Source: Piromyces finnis finn
Lineage: Eukaryota > Fungi > Neocallimastigomycota
Assembly: GCA_002104945.1 (NCBI GenBank)
Contig: MCFH01000005.1
Coordinates: 620,001 to 684,000, forward strand
Direction: 5' to 3'
Length of the DNA: 64,000 nucleotides
Part shown: piece by piece, positions 26,998 to 39,340 of the stretch
Numbering within the stretch: position 1 is the first letter of the stretch
Layout of the letters: each line of letters begins with the position of its first letter
The notes under the pieces: generated by a model
Databases searched by the model: none
Told to the model about the DNA's origin: nothing
Seen by the model: only the letters and a program-made list of their open reading frames with translations
Position numbers and translations under genes: made by a program

Positions 26998-28580
26998 TTA
27001 AATAAACTTAGCACCTTTTTCTAACAGAAACATTGCAACTTTATTTTTATTTTCTTCTAATAAAATTCTTGTAATTGTTTTATTATCTTTTTTTATATTT
27101 ATATCTGCTTTATTTTCGACAAGAATTTCAACAATTTCCATATTTGGATCTTTATTCTCGCAAACAATCAATAAAGGCGTTTTCCCATCATTATCTGTTA
27201 TATTGACATCAGCTCCTTTTTCAATTAATGATATTACTTTATCTACATTATTATCCCTACATGCTTTTATTATAGGTGGTACATCCAATGCATTTAATAA
27301 TTGTATTATATTTGTATTTTTATTTTTATTTGCATAGAATAATGGGGTATAACCAAATTTATCCTTAAAATCATAATTTGCACCACATTCAATTAAATAT
27401 TTTACTATATTTTCATTGTCTTGTTTACATGCAAAATGTAATGGAGTATTGTTATTATTGTCATATACATTTATATTTATATCTTTAAAATGTTCAATTA
27501 AATATTTTACTATATTTTCATTACCCGTTTTACATTCATAATGTAATGCTGTAAGCCCATTTTTATCTCTTGTGTTGATATCAATATTTGGACGACCATT
27601 AATAATGAAATATTTAACTAAATTTTCATCATTCATCTTGCAAGCTTCGATTAAATTATTATTTATTGTTTTTTCGCTTATAAATGTTTCTTTTTTCCAA
27701 AAGTCACACAATATTTGTTTGTCTAATTTCATGGTAAGTCTTTTTAATACTGCAAATTTAAATAAATCTTCGCCTAGTTTTTCCTTCATATCCATAATCT
27801 TTTTTGCAATATTTCTTTTTGCATTACTACTCTCTATTTCAGCGAATTCATCGAATATAACTTCCTTCCCTGAAAAGTCTTTTACAATCATACACATTTT
27901 TCCATTTATTATCCTTTACATTAATAATTTAAATAATTTAAAAAATAATAAATAATTAATAATAAATAATCATTATTCATTATATATATATATATATGAT
28001 AATTAATATTTATATTTATACTTTTTTTTTTTTTTTCATTATATTAATTTAAATAAAAAACTTACTCAAATAATACTTTTTGGTTTCCAACAATTTCTAT
28101 ATTTCCTTGTTTATTCTTATTTTCCTTTAAAATATGCTGGATTAATTCAATACAATCATTAATAACTTTAAATTTATTCTTTCCTTCTTCAACAATTTTA
28201 TACAATTTGTCTTTTAATATTTCGAATAATTCAATATTCGTCTTACCGAAATGATATTTATTATCTATTAATATTGATCCAATTAATGCTTCAAAAATTT
28301 CTGATAAATATTTTGGATAATTTTCATTATTATTTGATTGTTTTACTTTTTTATATTCATGACTTATTCTCTTCTCAACCTTCATTTTTTCTATAATATC
28401 TAGACTAGCAAATAATTTAGCATAACTATTTTTTGATACAGCCATATGTTTATATTCAGTTAATTCTTTTGGCTTTGCAGTAACTCTAGTACTATAGTAA
28501 TAAATAACGGTAATTAAGTCGAGAACTGCTTCACCTACAAATTTTAAACGCTTACAACTAAAACAATAGTAATAGTAGTA

Positions 28581-28619
<39 letters not shown>

Positions 28620-31600
28620 GTAATATATAAATTATTTTTAAAAGAAAATTATTATTATTATTTTTTTTTAATCATAATTAATATTTATTATTATGTTATT
28701 ATACTTACTCACTGAGGGAGTATTTTGAATACATCTCTTTATTATAATTAATAATGGTAAACATTGATGAATTTTCTATAAATTTATGACCTAAAGTCTC
28801 TGAAACAAACTTCATGTTTTTTCTATTGACTTTAATTATACTTTTATTTATACTAGAAGGTTGCCATTTCCAATGATCAGAAAAAATATTTTTGGTACGA
28901 ATTAAAAACAATTTACTTAATTTTATTCCTTCTTCTAATGCCTTTGCTCTATCTTTTCTATATAGAGGAGGCATTTCTTTACATATATTTTCAATTGAAA
29001 ACATTATATTCCCATTCTTATATGATTTAATACCATCTTCAAAGCAAGCACCGACTAAAGCTTCATAAAAATCTGCTATAGATTTATCATCCTTATTCTT
29101 CAAAATGGGTTTTTTATCCAAATCACCAATGGTTTGTTTCATATCATAATTTGGAGGGCAAAAGTTTTTCACAGAGTATCTTTGTTTAATAGAGTATTTT
29201 TTCCAACCTAACTTATTAATTTGTTCAATTAAAAATTCATTTTTAATAAAATCATTTCTTCTATGAATGAGAAGATCTTCATTTCGATTGAAATAACAAT
29301 TAAGAATATTAAGAGAAGTTAAATATTTCAATATAGAATCACCAAGTAGTTCTAATCTTTCATGTTGTTCCCCGACTACTGGATCAGCTGATTTTGACAT
29401 ACTTGCTCTATAAATACTTTCAAGAGTTAAATGTTTCAATCCAATGTTACATCTAAATTCATCCATAAAAGTTAATATTTTGATTTTATAAGTAAATATT
29501 GGAATCAAAGTAAGAAGTTTAATCCATGCTTGGGGAACTGTAATAACACAATATAATTCTGGTATATATAAATTCTTTTTTTCTCCATTTTCATCATTTT
29601 CATCGCGTTGAAGACTATGAATAAGAGAATGGGCATCATAAGAAAATAACGGTGAGTTTTTATATTTATATTGAAAATGATCATTTACTAACTCTTTATA
29701 TTTATCTTCAAAGAAATCTTGATACGTTGTTTCTTTCTTTTCTTCTGTTTTTTTATTTAATATAAACACATCTTCTTTTCTTGCTTTTCTATCCAATCCT
29801 GTAAAAAAACAAATAGTTTTATCAAATTTGTTAATTAAGTATACTTTCTTTAATGATTTCTCAATAATATTTTGTGTTTCTTCATCCATTTTTTCTATTT
29901 CATTATTTATATCGATTATTTTTTCTATATCTTGTACATTAATGATTTTTTTGTGAAATTCTTTTAAATAATAACAATTTTCTTCAAAAGTATTATTCTC
30001 ATAATGAATGTCTTTGTTTGATTTTTTTAAAAAATAGTTAGCATAGTAAATCCAATCCCCTAATGTGATAATATTTTCATTTTGTAAATTATTCATTGTT
30101 GTATTAATATTTTTCATTATATTCCAATTAATTTCAACAGTATTATTCTTTTTTGACATTGGTATAATATAGTACATTTCATTTAATTTCTCATTTTGTG
30201 AATTATTTGATTCGCTTGGTTGAAGATTATTATTCCCAAATAGCATTTTCCATGAATGAGTTTGAAAAGTTTTTATTGTTTCTAATTCATCGTCACTGAA
30301 ATATACGGGAAGATAAGATTGACAATCACTATTGTCCAAGATAGTATCATTTGAATAAAATTTATCGCCATCATTATTATTATGGTTTTTATTAAAAATA
30401 TCGTTACAACTATTAAAATTATTAGCTTGATTATTATATTTATTCCATAGTTTTAAATGAAATTTATATTTATCATTTTTGTATTCTCTAATTTCAATAA
30501 TAGGAGTATTGGAAGGTATTGGTTTCTTGGTAATATAACCAAGACAGAGTTTAATTTTATTTGGTTGCTCGTCTGTTTTATTAATATCAATATAACAGAA
30601 TAATTCTTTTGCGTCATCAATTTCATCATTTTCTAAATATGATACAAAAAATAAATTATTCGGATTATAAAAATTATCAGGATAAAATTCTTCATTTAAA
30701 ACCCACGAATCCTTGGAAAATACATCTGGACAATAAAATGATGATTCAATTGAGGGTGGTATACCGTGACATCTTAATCCTCTTCCTTCTATTACTGGTA
30801 ATTTAATATCACCGGAATGGTACAATAATTTAAATAATAATAAATTAGCTTCACACTCGGCTTCTTCCTTCGAAATACATAAAGGTCCAACAAATTTTTG
30901 AAATTTATCAGATATGAAATATCTATTTTCAAATTTTATTTCCATGAAATAAAGTATTTGTTTTTGGTTAATATTTTTATGTTCTACGGGATGACATATT
31001 ACTGCATTAATAAACTTTATTAAATCTGATGACATATTTTTCTCTCTATATTCAATGTATTTATTTAAATTACATTCATTTATTGTGGAACTACATTTCA
31101 TTCTATTAATATACTTTTTTTTAATGAAATCGTAAGATAATTTTAAACCATAATTACTTTGTACATAATAATCCTTAATATTGAAATCTTTGGAAATGTA
31201 GTTTGATACAATGTAATCTTGAAATTCATAATAAAATTTAATAGCATCATCTTGAAAAGAAATACAAATTATTTGACCAATATTTATTTTTTCTGTTGTT
31301 TCTAATTCTATTAATTCTTTTTTAATGTCTTTGTATATATCTTCAGAGATAATTAAAATTACATCCTTGTATTCTAAATCATCATTCTTTCTTGGAATAT
31401 ACTTTGATATAAAATCATCTTTAATTAAATTAATTAACATATACTTACAATTATTGCTATAAAATACATTCATTTTATAATTGTTATCAATTTTATTTAT
31501 TTTTAAGTTATAATAAAGATCTCCGTAAAATAAATAATATTCATTAAATAATAGTAAAAATGTTACTTGGTTAGGTTCACACTTTAAATATGATATAATT

Positions 31601-34600
31601 ATATTCTTTATTTGATTGAATTTTGAATTTTTCCTTTTTTCATTTTCATCCTTCATATAACAATTATATAGGTTATAAATTTTTAAAGTATTCAGTTTCT
31701 CATTATCAAAAAGTTCAACAGGGTTCATTTTAAAACTTGAGTATATAATATTACAAAAATAATTTATAGCTTTATTAATTTTCGAATGTTTCTTAAAATT
31801 TTTAATAAAAATTTTTACTATATCATATATATGTATGTAATTGTTATCAATTTCTTGGAGGCCCATTTTATTACTGTTAATATAATTATTTTTATCTTCA
31901 AGGAATTTTATGATATCATTTTTAAAATCTCCTGTTATATTATTTCTTATGGAGCTATTTTCATAATTCTTATATAAATAAAATAAACTTGTATTATCAG
32001 TCATATTCCAGTCTGACATTTTGTTGTAATTTTCTGAATCTGATATTTTATTACAATTTTCTTGTGAATATAATATTTTCTTTCCTGATTCAATTTCTGA
32101 TGATGATGATAATGAACAAATTGAATTTGATGTATATGAACTATAATCGAAAATATTTTGATTAGAACCATTATAATCATTGCCATATACATCTTCATCT
32201 ATTTTATTTTCTTGATCGCTATTTTCAGTTTCAGAAGTTAAACTGTTTGAATCAGAACTAATTTCTGAACTATTATTACTATCATTACTTTTATTTTCTA
32301 TTTTATTAACTAATGTTGCTTTACTAAATGAGCTAAAATCACTTCTAGTATCAATGTTTTCATTCTTACCTAATGTTGTTACATGACTGCTACTAACACA
32401 TTTAGTATCATTGTTGATACTTTCATTATTATATAAATTATCATTATCACTTTCATTGTCATCTTCATCTGTTTTATTTTCTTGATCGCTATTTTCAGTT
32501 TCAGAAGTTAAACTGTTTGAATCAGAACTAATTTCTGAACTATTATTACTATCATTACTTTTATTTTCTATTTTATTAACTAATGTTGCTTTACTAAATG
32601 TGCTAAAATCACTTCTAGTATCAATGTTTTCATTCTTACCTAATGTTGTTACATGACTGCTACTAACACTTTTAGTATCATTGTTGATGATTTTATTATC
32701 ATTAAACATTATTAAATCATTTAAAATACTTTGTGTTTCACTAAACCTAATACCATTTTTTGAATTTTTATTTTCATCATTATTATCAGCATTAGTAAAT
32801 TTTACTTCGATATTATTTACTGTTATTATTTCATCTTCTATTTTTTGGATATTATTGATTTCTGCACTGTCAGTAGCATCAAAAATATTACTTTCTATAT
32901 TATATAAATTATCATTATCACTTTCATTGTCATCTTCATCTGTATTATTTTCTTGATCGCTACTTTCAGTTTCAGAAGTGAAACTGTCTAAATCAGAATC
33001 AATTTCTAAATTAACATTATTAACCTTACTTTTATTTTTTATTTTTTCATTATTACTCATTCCTTTTTCATATAACATTTTTAATACCTTTTTATCTTTT
33101 GTATATTCTAATAAGAGAAGCTCTCCATTATTATTTCTTTCATTCAAATCTGCGCCACTATCACATAAAAATTTTATCATTTCTAAATTACCGTTTATAG
33201 CTGCATAGATAATAGGTGTATATCCATTCTCATCTTTCCAGTTGATATCAACATTAACATTTTTTTCCATTATGAAGTATTCTATAATAGCCAATCTATT
33301 TTGTTTGATGGATTCTATGAATGCTAAATTAAAATTAATATTTTTAACTTTATATAAATATTTTTTAATTTTATCACTATTTGAATTAACAACTTTAACT
33401 ATTAATGAGTTATCGCTGATTTCATTTACATCAAAATGAAATTCTTTTTGGTTGATTAAATAATCAATGAGGATGTAATTTTTTTCATCTATAGCTTTAC
33501 TTAATACAATATTGAAATTAGCATTATTGAAATTTTCTTTTTTATTTTCGTCTTTAATACTTAAAGATTTATATACATAGGATTTGACTAAAATTTCTAA
33601 AATAGCAATATTATTATCTTTATCACAAATTGCTTTAGAAAGAATTATTTCTTTGTTTGGATATTCATCTAGCGATATTATATTTAATATTCTATTTGTT
33701 AAATTTCTTTCTTTCTTTTCGACAGCTACACTAAGCAGATCATACATTAAAATTCTATCTTTAATTAGTAAAGGTGACTCATTATCAAGCAAAATAATTA
33801 TTCCATCTATATTGTCATTATTCATAGCTGTTTTATACATTTTTTCATCTATTTTTATTATATTATACTTGATTATTAATTGCTCTATTTTTTTATTTGA
33901 TATTAATGTCTTTTCATGGTACAATTCCAATAAATTCAAAATACCTTTTACATTATAATTAAATTTTTGAAATATTTTTTTTAAAATAGTATTACAACCA
34001 TTTTTTATTAATTCATGAATAAGCGTAAAATCTTTTGCTAACAAGTCCATATTTGAATTTATTTTTACTTTTTCATTTTTTTCTAATTTTTTGATAGTCG
34101 AAATATCATTTATTTTACAAGCATAATATAAAATTGTATTTCCATTAGAGTCTTTCTGATTAACATCAAAATAATCTATATTCTTTAATAAAAAATCAAA
34201 TATTCTGTTAAAACCATGATTATATGAAAGAGTCAAAGGTGTATTGCCATCACAATCTTCAATATTCTTCATATTAATATTATTCCTTATTCCATATTGA
34301 ACCAATAAATATACTATATCATTAAGATCTTGATTGATTGCTTCGATTAATGGGCAATTACCACTAGCATCCTTTTCAGTTATATCAATCTTATAATTTT
34401 TCTTACTGCTAAGAAAACTGTTAATTAATTTTATAATCTCATATCTTTTTTCTCTAATAGCTAAAGATAATAATGAAATACCATCTTTATTTCTAATATT
34501 TAAATTAGCACCATTATTATACAATGTTTTAAATATATCATAATTATTACTTATATTAAAAGCAACCATTAAAGGATACTCACCATCATTACCTTTTGTA

Positions 34601-37600
34601 TTAATGATAGATGCACCTTTTTCTATTATTAAATTTTCAATGAAAGTAATTCCCTTATTTAATTTAATTCCTTTAATTAATTCATCTGAGTTTATTTTTT
34701 TCGTAAAAGAACAGTCTTTACATTGAAAATAATCTAACATTTCATGATTATTTGGTGATATATAATTTATAACAGAGCTACCCTTATTATTCTTAATTTG
34801 AATTCTTCCACCATAGTTCATTAATAAATTTACGATAGATACATTTCCATAATAAACGGCATACATTAATGCTGAATTGTCATTTTTATCAACTAAATTA
34901 ACATCCATTCCTCTTTCTAAAAGTTGTTTTACTAAAAATATCTTTTCTGTTTCTTTGAATTTTTCTGATTTTATGATAGTTATTATTGAAGTTTCACCCC
35001 TTGAATTTAATTTATTTAAAACAATTATGTTACCAGATTTTAATAACAGGTTACATATTTCTATATTTTCTTTGTAGATAGCATTGTCTAAAGGAGAATC
35101 ACCAAAAGTATTCACTGAATTAACAATATTACCATCATTCATTAGATGTTTTATAATTTCTATGTCTTCACAGTCAATTGCATCAAAAATATTATTTTTT
35201 TTAGTTTCATTTTTATTTTCATAATTATCAATAATGTTTATTTGTTCTTCTTGTATTCCTTTGCATAAATGAAAATTTTTACTTGGCTTTGCACCTTTCA
35301 TTTTTAAACTGTATTGGATATCTAACTTTCCTAATTGAATGGCATAGTCAATAGGTACAAAACTATTACTATCGCATGCATTAATGTCCGCACCATTATC
35401 AATTAAATTACTAATAACGGTTAAATAATTCATAGAAATTGCATAGATTAATGCTGAATAGCCATTACTATCAATTAAATTGATATACTCTGAGCTAGAG
35501 AACCGTTTACTAAATACTTCTTTATTTTTAAGAGAATAATACTTTGATTTAATCATAGATATAAGTGTTGTCTCTCCTCTTGAATTTCTTTTATTGATAT
35601 GAATGTTCTTACTTTCCAGTAAAATTTCCAATAATTCAAAACTTTTTTCATTAAATATTGCGTAATCTAATACTGTATCATTTGAAGTATTTCTTAAATT
35701 AACATCAGCTCCTGCTGCTATTATATATTTGACAAATTCTATATCTTCATTTTCTATAATATAAAATAAAATACTTTTTCCTGATTTATCCTTTTGATTT
35801 ATATCAAAAGTACCGCGATTTAAGAAAAATTTAAATTTTTCTATAGAAGTTTTATATAAGTAAATTAATGGGGTATCACCATTACGATCAATAATACTCA
35901 TATCGATATTATTTTTTATACCGTAGTTGATCAATTTATTTGAATAATCAATAATTACATTATTTCTGAGAACTTCAAATAATGGACAGTCTCCTCCATA
36001 ATCACGTTCTATAATATTTATTTTGATATCAGGTTTAGACAACATATTTTCTATATTTTCATAACGACCATTTTGAATAGCTATTGACAATAAAGACACA
36101 CCATGATCAGTTTTAATATTACAATTAGCTTTTATATTTAACAAATAATCAAAAATTGTTAATTTCTTTTCGTTAAATGCTGTAAAAAGGGGATAGTCTT
36201 CTCCTATATCTTTAGCATTTATAATATAATTAGCTAAATACTTATTATTATTTATAAATTCCTCGACAGAAAATTTATCTGATTCTCTTATAAGTCTGTT
36301 TAATTCTTTTATTTTTTCAGATAGATTTATATAGAAAAGACTTTCTATTATATGCCTTATTTTATTATTTTTTGCATAATCAATAGCAGTTTTACTATCA
36401 TTATTTTGATAATAGACGTTAGCACCATTTTTAATCAATTTCTCTGCAATATTTGTATACCCATATTGTAGAGCATATATTAGTGCCGAGTTACCTTTTG
36501 AATCTGTTAGATTTACATTTGCGCCTTTTGCAATTAATAATTCTACAATAGATATATTATTACTTTCAATTGCTATAAATAATGGATATTTTCCATTAAT
36601 ATCTTCAATATTAATGATAAAAGGATTCGATTTAATTATATATTTTACTAAATCTATTCTATTAAATTGTATTGCCGAGTTTAACTCCATTATATTTAAA
36701 AATATTCTATTCATATCCATAATCCAATAAGGGTACTTATTATTATCAAAGTTTTTATTAGCTTTGATAATTGACCATATAATATCATTATTATTTTTTT
36801 CTATTGCTAAACTAAGTGCTGATTTTCTATTATTATTAATATGATAAAAGTATTCAAGTTTATTGACTTGAGTAATGATATTAATAATATATTTTGCTAC
36901 ATCAAATTTATTATTTTCAATCGAAAATAACAATGCATTATTTCTAAACTTTGAATCTTCATAATTCAACATCGAAATTATATCCTGTACAACATTCATT
37001 AATTTTTCAAATATTAAATAGTCCGATAAAATAGCTAAAAATAATGGTGATTCACCTTCTTTGTTTTCTATTGTAAGATATTCTAAAGCATAATATTCAC
37101 CTACAATTGTAGTAACACTATATATATCTTTATTCTTACATGAATAATGTAGAGCTGTATTATAAGACATATCTCGGGTATATAATTTTGATCCATGGTC
37201 TATTAATACTTTAACAATATCCGAATGACTATATTTAGATGCTACAATTAATGGAGTTAAACCTTTATTATTCTTGGTTTCTAGATATGCATTATGTTTA
37301 ATTAAATAGTTAACAATAGAAATATTATTATTTTCACATGCATATATTAAAGGGGTATTTTCATTATTGTCTGAAATATTAACATTACAATTTTCTAAGC
37401 ATTTAACAAATTGAATATCATAATTATTTTTACATATTATAATCAATAATGTTTCTCCTTGTTCATTTTGATAATCAACATTAAAACTTTTATCATGAAT
37501 ATATGTAGTAATATCATTAACTTTTCCACCATTATTTAATATTTTTATTATAGATTCAAATATATTCTTTGTTTTATTTTTTTCATTTTCTTCATCATCT

Positions 37601-38241
37601 TCACATTTACTTATAGATTCAAATACATTCTTTGTTTCATTTCTTTTATTCTTTTCATCATCTTCACATTTACTTTTATCTTCTTTGAAAGAAGAGTTAT
37701 TTAAATTAAAATTTTGTATATTACTATCTTCAACTTTTTCTTTTAATTTGTATAACTCATTTTTCATATTAAAATCATTATTATCAAATTTTAAAAAAAA
37801 AGCTGTATTATCCTTTTCATTATTAAAAAGTTTTATTGATTCTTCTTTAATACTGAAACAAGTTAATAATTCTGTTTTTAATTTTAAAAAATTTGGTGTT
37901 AATTCTTTATTTTTAAATATTGGAGAATTTGATATTATAATATAACTCTTTTGTTGTTCCCTTAAAATAGGATTTTTAAAGTATTCTAAATATTGTAAGA
38001 AGTCATCAATATAAAGAAAAATAAGTAATTTTGCTGAAATTTGATAGTTGGGATGATATTTTTTATATTCATCAATACGATAAAATTCTATATTGTCAAA
38101 TTCTTTTAATTCATCCAAATATATATATTCTTTTTGGAAATAACTATATATTATATGAATTTTGTTAAATTTTTTATAAATCCCTTTTATAAAATCTTTA
38201 CAATTATTTTCTTTAGTTATTATTAGAAAATTATAGTCCAT
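26998..38241 (-). CDS. Ankyrin-repeat/Dicer-like fusion protein; 3 exons (38241-28709, 28557-28066, 27913-26998), predicted 3646 aa
   Basis: Both track ORF stops overlap GA|GTAAGT donors (28708, 28065). The phase-2 acceptors ttttag|T (28557) and aag|G (27913) restore frame, giving 10941 nt = 3647 codons. Domains seen: about 30 ANK repeats (about 37480-33050), a DUF283-like segment (GPLCISKEEAECEANLLLFKLLYHSGDI), a PAZ-like segment (TTYQDFFEDKY...LYIPELYCV), RNase IIIa (ERLELLGDS...IADFYEALVGA), RNase IIIb (KRLKFVGEAVLD...LSEIFEALIGSI), a dsRBD-like segment (SSNAKRNIAKKIM) and about 7 C-terminal ANK repeats. Confidence 0.88.
32190..32700 (-). repeat. In-frame tandem duplication, 270-nt (90-aa) period, within the Dicer-fusion ORF
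   Basis: The string atcagaactaatttctgaactattattactatcattac occurs at 32251 and 32521, and the peptide SSSHVTTLGKNENIDTRSDFS...SETENSDQENK occurs twice. A partial third copy lies near 32900-32990. Confidence 0.95.
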
Positions 38242-38638
38242 AATCTAATTATTATTCACTAATCCAAATTAATTATATTGTTATTAAATATTTTTATTCT
38301 ACTTTAGATAAAAAAAAAAAATTATTTATGTATTTATGAATATATATTAATTATTACAAACTTGTGAATTGAACATATTATATTAATAAACTTTTTTTAA
38401 TATAAAATTTATATAGTTTATATTATAATATTAATTATTTCTACAATGTATAAGAGTGTAATGTAATTATGAATTTTGTTAATTTTTTATAAATTCTTTT
38501 TATAAAAAGCTAATTATTATTTACTAATCCAAATTAATATATTGTTATTAAATATTTTTATTTTATTTAAGATAAAAAAAGTTTTATTTATGTATATATA
38601 TTATTTATTACAAATTCGTAAAATAAATTTGTGAACAT
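38155..38638. repeat. Degenerate direct duplication of the Dicer-fusion 5' end and upstream region (about 38155-38376 vs about 38467-38638)
   Basis: Shared blocks tatgaattttgtta..., ctaatccaaatta...tattgttattaaatattttta...agataaaaaaa...ttattacaaa. The second copy lacks the approx. 50 nt containing the start codon. Confidence 0.75.
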
Positions 38639-38926
38639 TTATGGACATATATTTTTATTTATATATCTTATAATTATATTGTGAAATAAATTTAATAAAT
38701 AATTTTATTAATAAGGTTAACAAAGAGAAAATGTTACATATAAGTATTACAGTTATATAAGAGGAGGTAGTAAAAATAATGAAAGGGTTATAGGACATAT
38801 TTAAATTATTTTATTAAAAAAAATGTTTTATTATCAAGATAAATTAAAATATTGTATTAAGGCAAGTTTTGTTTTCTTAGAGAATTAGTATTGTAACAAC
38901 CCGAAAGACTCAGACTAAAACAATAC

Positions 38927-39007
38927 TGTCGTTTTAGTTTTTATCCTGGTTGTTAAAGCGTTTCCTTAGCATGCATAAGGCTTCTGGTTCGACCCCGCAG
39001 ATGTCAG
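38927..39007 (+). other. Degenerate tRNA-like cloverleaf (pseudo-tRNA or SINE head)
   Basis: B-box GGTTCGACCCC at 38986-38996; a 5-bp stem with 7-nt loop CCTTA-GCATGCA-TAAGG at 38964-38980; a D-stem-like GTTT/AAGC around TGG; TGTCGTT (38927) pairs 6/7, with wobbles, to GATGTCA (39000). Loop sizes are non-canonical and there is an internal T5 run. Confidence 0.45.
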
Positions 39008-39340
39008 TGCCTGTGGATTTTCCACTGGGTTTGCCATGGGTTGGGTTATGATATTCAGGTAAGTACTAATTTGTACTAATGAACTTTCTAATTTACTACT
39101 ATAATAATAACACTCGTCTAGCCGGCCTGAGAGGGTCAAGTCTACATGGTACATTCCAAATTAGAATTTAATAAGTGGTGACTTAGGCTATACCAAAAAC
39201 ATACAATATTCCTTAATCAATGTAAGTGTAATCATTAGGGGGCGGTTGATATGTGATAAAGTTAACTATAAGAGGCTTAGAATTATAATTGGGAAATATC
39301 GTACAACGACATGCATCTAATGTACATGGATTATGAAAGC

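Noticed and set aside
26998-28445. Treating ORFs 26998-27897 and 28062-28445 as separate genes
   Set aside because: Canonical donors overlap the stops, phases match, domains continue across the junctions and the gaps are only about 150 nt. Transcript data are still needed to confirm this.
30609-37945. Multiple plus-strand ORFs antisense to the Dicer fusion
   Set aside because: They are hydrophobic or low-complexity shadows of an A-rich coding strand, with no motifs.
38927-39007. Functional tRNA gene
   Set aside because: Oversized D-loop, no U33, short variable region and an internal T5 terminator.
38892-39153. Solo LTR (TGTAAC...GGTACA)
   Set aside because: The flanks agtat and ttcca are not a target-site duplication and there is no second copy in the window. 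Kept only as an alternative to the SINE model.
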